From an uncultured bacterium (lineage in GTDB: Bacteria > Zixibacteria > MSB-5A5 > UBA10806), in the NCBI GenBank assembly GCA_965541585.1, contig CBEUCH010000001.1, forward strand, positions 32,001 to 96,000: a stretch of DNA of 64,000 nt. The letters run 5' to 3'. Position numbers and translations under genes: made by a program. Below are positions 49,875 to 59,063 of this stretch, piece by piece. The notes under the pieces were generated by a model. It ran no database searches. It saw only the letters and a program-made list of their open reading frames with translations, and was not told the DNA's origin. Positions within the stretch are counted from its first letter, which is position 1, and the number at the start of each line of letters is the position of its first letter.

Positions 49875-51419
49875 ATGAAGTTTGTTGCTCAGCTTAGAAG
49901 TGTACTCTGGGTCCTTGCCCTGGGGGCTATTTTCATGCTGGCGGGCATGATAATTGGCTCCAACTTCACAATTCCAGAAAAATTGAAAGCTGAGAGCCAT
50001 TCGGATCCTCAGAAGCAATCTCCTGGCGCTGAGTTCGAACAGATAGCACCTGTGAAGGGTCATTCTCCCTTCGTCTATGTAGCCGAGATGGTGAAACCGG
50101 CGGTGGTCAATATATCGGCGGAATCAGTGACCGAGGATAGATTTCACTCGTTCATGGATGATGATTTTTTCAGGCGGTTCTTCGGATTGCCTGATGATGA
50201 GAGAAATCGTCAGCCGCGTCTGAGGCGTTCGGAATCGCTTGGATCGGGTTTCATCATTTCCCCGGATGGATTCATTTTGACCAATAACCATGTGGTTAAG
50301 GATGCGGAGAAAGTGACGGTGACGTTATCCGATCAGCATCACTATAGAGCCGAGATCGTCGGCACTGATTCGGAGACCGATCTGGCATTGCTGAAAATAG
50401 ATACGGATTATGATCTTCCCATTATAACCGTTGGCGATTCCGATTCCATCCTTGTCGGTGATTGGGTGATGGCTATAGGTAATCCGTTTCCGTATCTGGG
50501 ATTGGATCGTACTGTGACAGTAGGCGTGGTATCGGCAAAGGGGAGGAAAGGCCTGATATTCGGCGGCGATATGCCGTCATATCAAAATTATATCCAGACT
50601 GATGCCTCCATCAATCCGGGGAACTCAGGGGGTCCGCTGGTCAACCTTCAGGGAGAGGCGATTGGAGTAAATTCTGCTATTGCCTCCCCATCAGGTGGCA
50701 ACGTGGGGATCGGTTTTGCGATACCGATCAATCTGGCCAAGCAGGTGGCCGATCAACTCAGGGAGTCGGGGATAGTCTCCCGCGGTTATCTCGGTATCTA
50801 TCCTCAGGACATAACATTCGAGTTGAAGGAAGCGAATGGCCTGCCGTCAACCGACGGAATCCTCGTGGCGCAGGTTGACAAGGGCACACCGGCGGATGGA
50901 TCAACGCTGAAAGTCGGTGATGTCATAGTCAAATTCAACGGTGTTAAGATCACCGATGCTCAGCAATTTCGTTTTCTGGTGGCTGATGCCGGGCCGGACA
51001 ATGAGGCGCGGTTGGAGATCTGGCGTAATGGTGGTTTTAAAAATATTAAGGTCGAGCTGGGTGATAGAATGGATTACGTTGACGCCCGACTTCCATCGAC
51101 CGAGAAGGAGCAGGAGGATGGCGAGTGGCTCGGCCTGGAGGTCGAGACCCCGACCGCGGACAACGCCGAGCAATTTGGAGTAGATGTTGAGCCCGGCGCT
51201 CTTATCACATCGGTCGTGCCGGGAAGCCCGGCCGACTACGCCGGATTGATGGCCGGAGATATAATTCTTAAAATTGGCGGCATAGATATTGAAAATGCCG
51301 GCGATTTCTTTAATGTTGCAGATGATTTGAGAGGCAGCTCTAAGCCGATATCTTTTTATATTAGCAGAGGGATTTCCAGAATCTTCGTGGCTGTGATCCC
51401 CGAAAGTAAGCGGCAATAA
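49875..51419 (+). CDS. Do/DegQ family serine protease
   Basis: FFRRFFG loop, GSGFII, TNNHV, IQTDASINPGNSGGPL, two PDZ domains. Confidence 0.94.
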   Translation: MKFVAQLRSVLWVLALGAIFMLAGMIIGSNFTIPEKLKAESHSDPQKQSPGAEFEQIAPVKGHSPFVYVAEMVKPAVVNISAESVTEDRFHSFMDDDFFRRFFGLPDDERNRQPRLRRSESLGSGFIISPDGFILTNNHVVKDAEKVTVTLSDQHHYRAEIVGTDSETDLALLKIDTDYDLPIITVGDSDSILVGDWVMAIGNPFPYLGLDRTVTVGVVSAKGRKGLIFGGDMPSYQNYIQTDASINPGNSGGPLVNLQGEAIGVNSAIASPSGGNVGIGFAIPINLAKQVADQLRESGIVSRGYLGIYPQDITFELKEANGLPSTDGILVAQVDKGTPADGSTLKVGDVIVKFNGVKITDAQQFRFLVADAGPDNEARLEIWRNGGFKNIKVELGDRMDYVDARLPSTEKEQEDGEWLGLEVETPTADNAEQFGVDVEPGALITSVVPGSPADYAGLMAGDIILKIGGIDIENAGDFFNVADDLRGSSKPISFYISRGISRIFVAVIPESKRQ

Positions 51420-51506
51420 TGGAACTCCCGATCAGTCATTTCAGGTTGTATGATTGCTGTAGAGTCAAAGTGATTTTGGGGCGTTGCCCGAAAGGAGCAT
51501 AATTGA

Positions 51507-52361
51507 TTGTCTAAGGCAATAAGAAAATATCGTGACGAGGATAAATCATTAGATCTGTATTTGCGAGAAATCGGCGAAACACCGCTTATAAATGCTGCCG
51601 AAGAAGTGGCACTCGCCAAGCGGATCAAGCTGGGTGAGCAGAGGGCCCTGGAGAAATTGACCAAGGCCAATCTACGTTTCGTCGTTTCGGTAGCCAAGCA
51701 GTACCAGAACCAGGGATTGTCTCTGGCGGATTTGATCAACGAGGGCAATATCGGCCTGATCAAAGCTGCCAAGCGGTTTGATGAGACGAGAGGGTTTAAA
51801 TTCATATCGTATGCCGTCTGGTGGATACGGCAAGCGATCCTGCAATCCCTGGCGGAGCAATCGCGAATCGTCCGGCTGCCTCTGAACAGGGTGGGAACAT
51901 TGCATAAGATCGGCAAGGTTTCCTCGTCGTTGCAGCAGACGTTTGGCAGAGAGCCGTCGGCCATCGAGATCGCCAAGGAGCTTTCGTTGACGGAGGGCGA
52001 GGTTTCCGACACTCTTAAGATATCCAACTCGCATCTATCGCTTGATGCACCGTTTTCCGTTTCGGAGGATAATAGCCTGATCGATATCTTGGAGGACGAG
52101 GAGCAAGAGTCGCCTGACGAGTCGCTCCTGAGCGATTCGTTGAGGGTTGAGATCGAGAAAGCGCTGGATACCCTCTCGCCCAGGGAGGCCGAGGTCATCA
52201 ACCTCTATTTCGGCCTCAACCACAAAAAGCCGTTGACGCTTGAAGAGATAGGGGCGCGCTTCTCGCTTACCCGAGAGAGGGTTCGCCAGATCAAAGAGAA
52301 GGCTATCCGCCGGCTCAGGCATGCCTCGAGATCGAAAGCTTTAAGAGCGTATCTGAACTAA
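51507..52361 (+). CDS. RNA polymerase sigma-70 factor, RpoD/SigA family (short form lacking region 1.1)
   Basis: [56 protein letters not shown] start with SD AAAGGAG. Confidence 0.95.
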   Translation: MSKAIRKYRDEDKSLDLYLREIGETPLINAAEEVALAKRIKLGEQRALEKLTKANLRFVVSVAKQYQNQGLSLADLINEGNIGLIKAAKRFDETRGFKFISYAVWWIRQAILQSLAEQSRIVRLPLNRVGTLHKIGKVSSSLQQTFGREPSAIEIAKELSLTEGEVSDTLKISNSHLSLDAPFSVSEDNSLIDILEDEEQESPDESLLSDSLRVEIEKALDTLSPREAEVINLYFGLNHKKPLTLEEIGARFSLTRERVRQIKEKAIRRLRHASRSKALRAYLN

Positions 52362-52378
52362 AGAAACGGGTCTTTCGG

Positions 52379-52411
52379 AAACGGGCGGGCTTTTTGCCCG
52401 CCTGTTTTTTT
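52379..52411 (+). terminator. Rho-independent terminator
   Basis: AAACGGGCGGGC-ttttt-GCCCGCCTGTTT followed by a T tract. Confidence 0.8.
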
Positions 52412-52472
52412 ATAGGGATATTAAACCTATCTTATTTATTGTAAGCAACTTAGGTTCTTGCTAAAATTCCGC

Positions 52473-52514
52473 TTGACAGAGCGATATAAATGATATATTC
52501 TATAGATAGAATAT
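52473..52514 (+). promoter_or_regulatory. Sigma-70 promoter with overlapping palindromic operator
   Basis: TTGACA-N17-TATTCT; ATATTCTAT-ag-ATAGAATAT inverted repeat covers the -10 box. Confidence 0.7.
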
Positions 52515-52529
52515 TATATTTATGGACTA

Positions 52530-53066
52530 ATGAAGCTCTCCAATCAAGAAATAGTAATCCTCGCAATCCTCTCGGAAACAGAGAGATACGGCTACGAGAT
52601 AGATAAGATACTTACCGAAAAGCAGATCCGGCCCTGGGATAACATAGCGCAATCATCCATATATGCTGTTTTAATCCGACTGCACCGCATGGGCCTTGCT
52701 GACAGAAGAGAAGTGAGTCAAAGCGGCCGCCCGCCCAGAAGGCTTTATTCGATATCTGAATCCGGCAGGGCGGAGCTGGAGGAGGCTATATTCGAATCGA
52801 TTCTGGATGACCGGCGAGTGATTGGACGGTTTGAAATAATTCTCTTTGTGTGGGCTATGCTCTCTTCGGATAAAAGAAATAAGCTGCTTTCTTCCTACAT
52901 GGCTCTTCTGAGGGGCCGTGAGGAATATTATCGAACAGAAGCGGGGCAGAGAATCAATCCCATTGAAGCTGCGTTATTCGAACGTCCTCTCAGGACGGTG
53001 AAAGCGGAGATAGGCTGGTTGAAGGAATTTGCTCAGAATAATGGAGTTTCGATATCCGATGATTAG
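52530..53066 (+). CDS. PadR family transcriptional regulator
   Basis: ILAIL....YGYEI, SSIYAVL.RL...GL, GRPPRRLYSISESG. Confidence 0.92.
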   Translation: MKLSNQEIVILAILSETERYGYEIDKILTEKQIRPWDNIAQSSIYAVLIRLHRMGLADRREVSQSGRPPRRLYSISESGRAELEEAIFESILDDRRVIGRFEIILFVWAMLSSDKRNKLLSSYMALLRGREEYYRTEAGQRINPIEAALFERPLRTVKAEIGWLKEFAQNNGVSISDD

Positions 53067-53182
53067 GGAATTGATTAATGCGGGCCCTGATTAAATCAGA
53101 TTATCGGTAACATTAAGGATATCTCAGGAAAGCCGGCGAAAAGAGACGGCCGGGGGATTTCAAATATGGGAATTGGCTCTGT

Positions 53183-54358
53183 TTAAGCGGGAGGCTGTCT
53201 GGAGATCGATGAATCTGAATTACCGGCAGGAACGGATGGTACAGTGGTGTTGGCGGGTCTGGTTCCAAACCTGGTGGTCAGGACAGCCCCCAGGCCGACA
53301 GGAATAACAATAAATAGAAAGAAGCCTATTAATATCCAGCTGAAAATCATGAGCACCATCGATCCGGTAATCATCTGCATTAGGAAAAACAGGGCCGGGA
53401 TTGCGCCTAATGCCACGGTTCCATAGAGGAAAGTCTTGAAGGAAAAACGGTCGGCATGGAGAATTTTTTCGCCGAGCATATTGCTTAAGGCTGTTGAAGC
53501 CAGGATCATCCCCGCAATGAGCGCAATTGGCACGCCAAGTATGGCCAGCGGAATACCCAGTACGGTGATCAACAAGACGATAAAGGCCGTGAACGCAAGA
53601 AGATAGACAAGATAGCCCTTAAGGAAAGATACGACGAAGTTTGTTTTGATATGGTTGGCGATCATTGCAACATTAGCCTGAAAGATGGAGGTGCAGGTCG
53701 CCGAGAGAACCATCCAGACTAAGAAGACCAGGACGAAGATAAACCCCATAACTCTGAATGGCGTTCTATCAGTCAACCGGGCAACCGATCTTGGAGTGCC
53801 TGTTTTCCAGGTCCCTGTGCCGACTCGAGCCCCCGGATCCTTTTTTACCGTTCCCGATATAGCCACTGCGCTTTCTTTGACATTTCCCGTGGATGTTATA
53901 TAAATATCCCCTGAAAAGGCCAGGACTCCACCCTCGACCGTCCCCCTTACGATAATATCGCCAAAGGCGGAAACGACGTCGCCGTGAACAACGTCGTCTT
54001 CCTCGACGATTATTTTGTTTCCGACCCGAACAATATCCTCTCCCATCCGGTGGTGCTCCAAATGTCTGTCGATGTCGGAGAGAACCAAAATACTGTCATT
54101 GGAAAGGCCTATGATAATGCTGTCGCCGCCGATGGATATCTCAATGATCTCCAGTCCCTCCTCGATACCCAAAAGTATCTCCTCCAGCCCTATTATGCTT
54201 ACAGATTCATCAAGCGCCTCCAGCGATTCCAGATCCAGAAGGAGTTCCATTGCCTCCATCGGTTCTGGAGGTTCCGGCGGTTCCGGTGGCTCAGGGGGGC
54301 CGGCATAAGCCAGCCCCACGATCAAAACCGAGTATATTATCGAGGTCAGTAATTTCAT
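53183..54358 (-). CDS. Membrane protein with PEP repeats, bactofilin-like beta-helix and C-terminal TM bundle
   Basis: Signal peptide, (PEP)n, VxGDVV.FGDIIV.G.V.G repeats, 4-5 TMs ending GLGAVLTTRFG. Confidence 0.7.
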   Translation of the reverse strand: MKLLTSIIYSVLIVGLAYAGPPEPPEPPEPPEPMEAMELLLDLESLEALDESVSIIGLEEILLGIEEGLEIIEISIGGDSIIIGLSNDSILVLSDIDRHLEHHRMGEDIVRVGNKIIVEEDDVVHGDVVSAFGDIIVRGTVEGGVLAFSGDIYITSTGNVKESAVAISGTVKKDPGARVGTGTWKTGTPRSVARLTDRTPFRVMGFIFVLVFLVWMVLSATCTSIFQANVAMIANHIKTNFVVSFLKGYLVYLLAFTAFIVLLITVLGIPLAILGVPIALIAGMILASTALSNMLGEKILHADRFSFKTFLYGTVALGAIPALFFLMQMITGSMVLMIFSWILIGFFLFIVIPVGLGAVLTTRFGTRPANTTVPSVPAGNSDSSISRQPPA

Positions 54359-54361
54359 TTT

Positions 54362-55429
54362 CTAGTACCTTGTAATCCTTATATCGCCCGACGACGTGGA
54401 GATGTTTAGCCTGCCCTTGCCCTCACCCATGCTGGCGATCAGCCGGGAATCGGATAAGGTCTCGATATCGGCGGAAATACGGGATTTGATATCCCCCGAT
54501 GATGTCCGCAGCGAAAGCCGCCCCTCGAACTGCGGGCTGATCTCCACCATAACATCGCCGGATATCGCTTCGATATCGAAATCGCCTTCCGTGGCTGTCA
54601 GGGTTTTGAGCATGATATCGCCGGATGAGGTTTTGGCCCGGACCGAACCGCCGGCTGTATTCACATAGATGTCGCCGGATGATGTTCTGAGATCCAGATC
54701 GCCGCCGACATCGTTGACCCGCCAATCGCCCGATGAGGAATAGATCATCATGGAACCGGTGATATCGGAAAGCCGCCCGTCGCCGGAGGAGGTCCGGAGA
54801 TCAACGTCGCCCTTCAGCCCGTCGATCCTGATGTCGGATGATCTTCCCTCGATCGAGAGGTTTCCGGTATGGTCGAAGACGTCGACATCGCCGCTGGAAA
54901 GATCGCACTTGATATTGCCGTCGGTGGCCCGCAATTCGATATCGGATGACGAACCCCGAACGTCCAGATCGAGCTTCAATTGCGATACTTCGAGGTCGGC
55001 GGATGACGAAATCACATCGACCGTTTTACCGTCGGGGATACTGACACTCAAATAAAAATTGAGATTATCGTTCCAGTCGCCGGATATGAGCCTTTTGAGA
55101 ATACTTTTCCCGGACTTTCGATGCCGGGGCAGATCAACGGTTATCAGCACCTCGCCGTCCGAAGCCTCCGCCTTGTAGACGCATTCGTCGTTTAGCCTTT
55201 CGGCATCCTCTTTGTCCCTGGCGTAGATCTCGTTCTTAAACGAGACCTCGATTTCGCTGGTTTGCGATCTGGAGAGTTTGATATCGCCCGATGGCATATC
55301 GATTCTTATGATATCGATCCGGCTGCCGTCGAAGGTTTCCTTCTTGTCGAACGAGAACTCCTTGTCGGCTTGAACCGGGCTGGCAATCAATAAGACGGCG
55401 ATTGCGACACATAGTGATAAGGTTTTCAT
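54362..55429 (-). CDS. DUF4097 family beta-strand repeat protein
   Basis: Signal peptide and many xTSSGDI repeats. Confidence 0.88.
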   Translation of the reverse strand: MKTLSLCVAIAVLLIASPVQADKEFSFDKKETFDGSRIDIIRIDMPSGDIKLSRSQTSEIEVSFKNEIYARDKEDAERLNDECVYKAEASDGEVLITVDLPRHRKSGKSILKRLISGDWNDNLNFYLSVSIPDGKTVDVISSSADLEVSQLKLDLDVRGSSSDIELRATDGNIKCDLSSGDVDVFDHTGNLSIEGRSSDIRIDGLKGDVDLRTSSGDGRLSDITGSMMIYSSSGDWRVNDVGGDLDLRTSSGDIYVNTAGGSVRAKTSSGDIMLKTLTATEGDFDIEAISGDVMVEISPQFEGRLSLRTSSGDIKSRISADIETLSDSRLIASMGEGKGRLNISTSSGDIRITRY

Positions 55430-55438
55430 GGCGGCCTC

Positions 55439-56011
55439 CTACCTTAGGCTTTTTAGTTTTTTCTTCAACAACTCCCGGGCGCGAAATATCCTGGCTTTCA
55501 CCGTCCCTACCGGCACCCTGAGGTGCGAGGCGATCTCCTCGTAGGCTTTGTCCTCCTTGTGGCGCAGGATGATGACCTCCCTGTACTTGTCCGGCAGCGA
55601 TTCGATGGCCTCCTCGATGCTGAAACGCTGCTGCTTGGCGGCCAGGTCGTGCTCGGGGTGGTAGGAGTAGTCGGGTACTTCCATCTGGACGTCGCCGTTT
55701 TTGGTCATGATCGGCCTGTCCAGCGACATGGCGTCGATCTTGCGTCTGCGGATGGAATCGATAGAGCAGTTGGCGGCGATCTTGTAGAGCCAGGTGGAGA
55801 ACCGGTAAGTCGAGTTGTATGTTTTCAAAGATCCGAAAGCCTTGATGAACGTCTCCTGGACCAGATCCTTGGCTTCCTCGGCGTTGCGCACGATCTTGAC
55901 GGCGATATGGAATATCGCCTGCCGATGTTGCTCGAAAAGCGCCTTGTAGGCCTTTTGATCGCCGGCAAGCGCCGATTTCACCAGCGCCTGCTCGCTGTCC
56001 GGAGAGGGCAT
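55439..56011 (-). CDS. ECF sigma factor (SigW/RpoE-like)
   Basis: DLVQETFIKAF, FSTWLYKIA.N, YEEIA..L.VP.GTVKARIFRAR; start ATG 56011 with SD AAGGGAG. Confidence 0.93.
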   Translation of the reverse strand: MPSPDSEQALVKSALAGDQKAYKALFEQHRQAIFHIAVKIVRNAEEAKDLVQETFIKAFGSLKTYNSTYRFSTWLYKIAANCSIDSIRRRKIDAMSLDRPIMTKNGDVQMEVPDYSYHPEHDLAAKQQRFSIEEAIESLPDKYREVIILRHKEDKAYEEIASHLRVPVGTVKARIFRARELLKKKLKSLR

Positions 56012-56028
56012 TTTGCTCCCTTTTTTAC

Positions 56029-56054
56029 TACGAAAAGCCGCTATTATAGTTGCG
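56029..56054 (-). promoter_or_regulatory. Putative autoregulatory ECF promoter
   Basis: CGCAAC-N16-CGTA upstream of the ECF gene. Confidence 0.5.
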
Positions 56055-56334
56055 CAGGTCAAGATAGGGGATAACGCGAGCCGATTCAAGGGAGAATTGG
56101 GGGAAGGGGCATCACGGGGATGATCGAGGATGGCGGATGATTATCCTGGCGTTGCGGCTGCTGGCCGGTGGGATGGTGGTGGTGGTGAGGACGCGAGAAT
56201 TGGCGGTGGGGTAGACTGGGTACTCAATATCATAATCATACTTGCTGAGCGTCGTCGGGACTCCTTTCCCGGCGTTTTATGCTGGCAGGAAAGGATACCT
56301 GCCAGGGCGGGGAGATACTCACGCCAAAAACCCC

Positions 56335-56363
56335 TTGCACCATGGAACCGGCTCTCTTATAAT
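56335..56363 (+). promoter_or_regulatory. Sigma-70 promoter of the thiamine uptake operon
   Basis: TTGCAC-N17-TATAAT directly before the TPP riboswitch. Confidence 0.7.
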
Positions 56364-56382
56364 CCTGTTGGAGTAAGTGAAA

Positions 56383-56462
56383 GATAAAGGGGTGGTCCCC
56401 GTATGGGACCTGAGAGTAAACCCTTAGAACCTGATCCGGGTAATGCCGGCGTAGGGAGCAAG
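56383..56462 (+). ncRNA. TPP riboswitch (THI element)
   Basis: AGGGGTG..CTGAGA..ACCC..GAACCTGATCCGGGTAATGCCGGCGTAGGGA consensus. Confidence 0.95.
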
Positions 56463-56464
56463 AT

Positions 56465-56494
56465 AAAGCCCACCGGCCGCCGATGGGCTTTTTT
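56465..56494 (+). terminator. Riboswitch expression-platform terminator
   Basis: AAAGCCCA..TGGGCTTT hairpin followed by a T tract, between aptamer and SD. Confidence 0.85.
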
Positions 56495-56519
56495 GTTTCC
56501 CGGGAAAAGGAGGAACAAC

Positions 56520-59060
56520 ATGTTCACCAGAACCATCATCGCCCGCCAATGGGCGGGTCTCATAGCGATCATCGCCATCATCGCTTTATTTGCGAGCACG
56601 GCTGTCGCGGCCGAGCTAACAGGCACGGTCTGGAACGATGAGACCGGCGAGCCTATCGCCGGGGTGGCCGTGAAGATCAAAGGCACTAGCATCGTCACTG
56701 TAACCGATAGCGAGGGACGTTATCGCCTGTCGGATGCGCCATCCGCGGAGGTAACCCTGCTGGCCAGTGTTATAGGTTATAGTGTGGCCTATCGCACTGT
56801 CGATGCGGAGCAAACCGGCACGGCGGATTTTTACCTGACACCGAAACTGCTCAAGGGACAGGATGTAATCGTCACCGCCACGCGAGCAAAACAGGGAGAA
56901 ACACCGGTGGCGTTCACCAATGTCACCAGCGCGGAGATCGAGGATAAGTATTTTGCACAGGATATCCCCATGCTCTTAGCCGACACGCCGAACCTGTTCG
57001 CTTACTCCGATGCCGGTAACGGCATAGGGTATTCTTATATGCGAATCCGGGGTTTCGACCAGAAGCGGATCGCGGTCATGTTAAACGGCGTCCCCCTCAA
57101 CGATGCCGAGTCGGGTGAGGTCTTCTGGATCGATCTGCCCGATTTCGCCGAAAGCGTGGAGGATATCCAGATCCAGCGCGGGGTCGGCAATTCTCTCTAT
57201 GGCGCGGCGGCTCTGGGGGGCTCTGTCAATCTGATAACATCTGATTTTTCAGCTCAGCCGGAATTGAAATTTAAATCCGGCTACGGCAGTTACAACACCA
57301 GGAAACTTCTTCTTTCGGGTAATTCGGGTTTGATAAAAGATTCCTATGTTTTCTACGGCCGCTTCTCCAAAATCGATACCGACGGTTACCGTGACAAGTC
57401 CTGGTCGAGAATGTGGGGTTATTTTATCGGCCTGGCGCGCTACGACGAGCGATCGACATTGAAAGTAAACTTCTACGGCGGGCCGGAGGAATCGCACCTG
57501 GCATACAAAGGAATCACCGCATTGCAGCTTCAATGGGGCGACCGCCGTTACAACGAGCTTCAGTACAAAGACGAAATCGATCATTTCCAGCAGCCGCACT
57601 ACGAATTGATACATGATTTCAGAATCAACGGAAAGACGTCGCTTTCCAATACGCTTTACTATTTCAAAGGCGACGGCTACTACGACCAGTTTCGCAGCCG
57701 CCGTTACATAGAGGAATATAACTTAGGAGCGATCTGGGCCGGCACGGCCGATGAGTTCCCGTCGAACTATTATGCCGACGTCGATGCCGGCGGCAATCCT
57801 ATTCCTGATCCGGCAACGGGCTTATACGAGCTCGAGAGGACTGATGTTGTTCGTCGCCGGGTCGTCAGCGAATACGATTGGGGATGGATACCTCGTGTAA
57901 CCCATGATTTTGGTAGAGGGAAAGTCGTAGCCGGAGGGGAGATGAGAATCCATGAAGGCCATCATTTCGGCGAGGTGCTCTGGGCGGCGGCCTATCCGAA
58001 AAATCTCGATCCGAATGTGCGGTACTATGACTACTACGGCGCCCGGCAATCCTACACCGTTTTCGGACATCTGGCCTACGATATCACCGAGAGACTCTCG
58101 GGCATGGCTGATCTGCAGTATCAATATTACGGTTACGACCTGAGTAATGAGAAGCGGTTCGATGTCAGCTTTGACCGCAGTTACAATTTTGTTACTCCTC
58201 GCTTCGGGATGAATTTCGCGGTCAGTGATGAAATCACGGTGTTCGGCAACGTTTCTACTGCGGCGCGGCAACCGGCGTTCAAGGATATATACGACCCTAC
58301 GGATTACTGGTCGAATCCGGTTTACAAGCCCGGTAATTTCAGGACGGTAAGCCCCGGTTATGATTTCACGGGGAAAGAGCTGGACCCGGAAAAGCTTTTC
58401 GATGTCGAGATCGGGGGAAGCTACAGGACCGATCTGGCGGGGAATAAACTGAATTTAGCATTGAACCTCTACCGCATGCAGTTATCCGATGAGATAATTC
58501 CGTATGCCGGTCAGGTGGATGATGACGGTTATCCCATCTCGGGCAATGCTGATAAAACTTTGCACCAGGGAATCGAAATCTCAGCGAAACTTGTCACAAC
58601 TGCAAATCTGAAGTTTTCCGGTAACATTTCTGTCAATGACGATCATTTTGAGGATTACACGGAATATGGTTTCGACTGGGATGCCTGGGAGGCCATAGAG
58701 CTGGATCGATCCGGCAATCGCATAGGTGGCTTTCCGGCTATGCTGGCCAATTACAACGTTACATACAGGTACTATCCGGCATCGTTCGGACTTTACGGAC
58801 ATTTTGTTGGAGAACAGTTCCTCGATAACTCCGAGAGTGACGAGAGAAAACTGAGGAGCTTTCACGTAGTCGATCTGGTCGGCTCCATCGATATAGGAGA
58901 TGAATTCGGGGTTGGTTCGATGGTGCTGTCTGTGAGAGTCAACAACTTATTTGATACAAAATACGCCGCCGCCGGATATATCGAGGAGGACGATGGACAG
59001 CCTCGCTACATGGTTGGTGCGGAGAGAAACTTTTTTGTATCGCTCGGCCTGGAGCTTTAG
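56520..59060 (+). CDS. TonB-dependent receptor, probable thiamine uptake
   Basis: Carboxypeptidase-like N-domain, VIVTATR, SDAGNGIGYSYMRIRG plug, VNNLFD; SD AGGAGG; TPP-controlled. Confidence 0.92.
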   Translation: MFTRTIIARQWAGLIAIIAIIALFASTAVAAELTGTVWNDETGEPIAGVAVKIKGTSIVTVTDSEGRYRLSDAPSAEVTLLASVIGYSVAYRTVDAEQTGTADFYLTPKLLKGQDVIVTATRAKQGETPVAFTNVTSAEIEDKYFAQDIPMLLADTPNLFAYSDAGNGIGYSYMRIRGFDQKRIAVMLNGVPLNDAESGEVFWIDLPDFAESVEDIQIQRGVGNSLYGAAALGGSVNLITSDFSAQPELKFKSGYGSYNTRKLLLSGNSGLIKDSYVFYGRFSKIDTDGYRDKSWSRMWGYFIGLARYDERSTLKVNFYGGPEESHLAYKGITALQLQWGDRRYNELQYKDEIDHFQQPHYELIHDFRINGKTSLSNTLYYFKGDGYYDQFRSRRYIEEYNLGAIWAGTADEFPSNYYADVDAGGNPIPDPATGLYELERTDVVRRRVVSEYDWGWIPRVTHDFGRGKVVAGGEMRIHEGHHFGEVLWAAAYPKNLDPNVRYYDYYGARQSYTVFGHLAYDITERLSGMADLQYQYYGYDLSNEKRFDVSFDRSYNFVTPRFGMNFAVSDEITVFGNVSTAARQPAFKDIYDPTDYWSNPVYKPGNFRTVSPGYDFTGKELDPEKLFDVEIGGSYRTDLAGNKLNLALNLYRMQLSDEIIPYAGQVDDDGYPISGNADKTLHQGIEISAKLVTTANLKFSGNISVNDDHFEDYTEYGFDWDAWEAIELDRSGNRIGGFPAMLANYNVTYRYYPASFGLYGHFVGEQFLDNSESDERKLRSFHVVDLVGSIDIGDEFGVGSMVLSVRVNNLFDTKYAAAGYIEEDDGQPRYMVGAERNFFVSLGLEL

Positions 59061-59063
59061 ATA

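Noticed and set aside
51356..52201. 281-aa minus-strand ORF
   Set aside because: Antisense shadow of the conserved sigma factor
56100..56330. G-rich tract with GGT repeats and short ORFs on both strands
   Set aside because: No SD-supported ORF or recognisable RNA motif; left unassigned
56403..56519. N-terminal extension of the TonB receptor ORF
   Set aside because: This is the TPP riboswitch and terminator; the real start is ATG 56520 after AGGAGG
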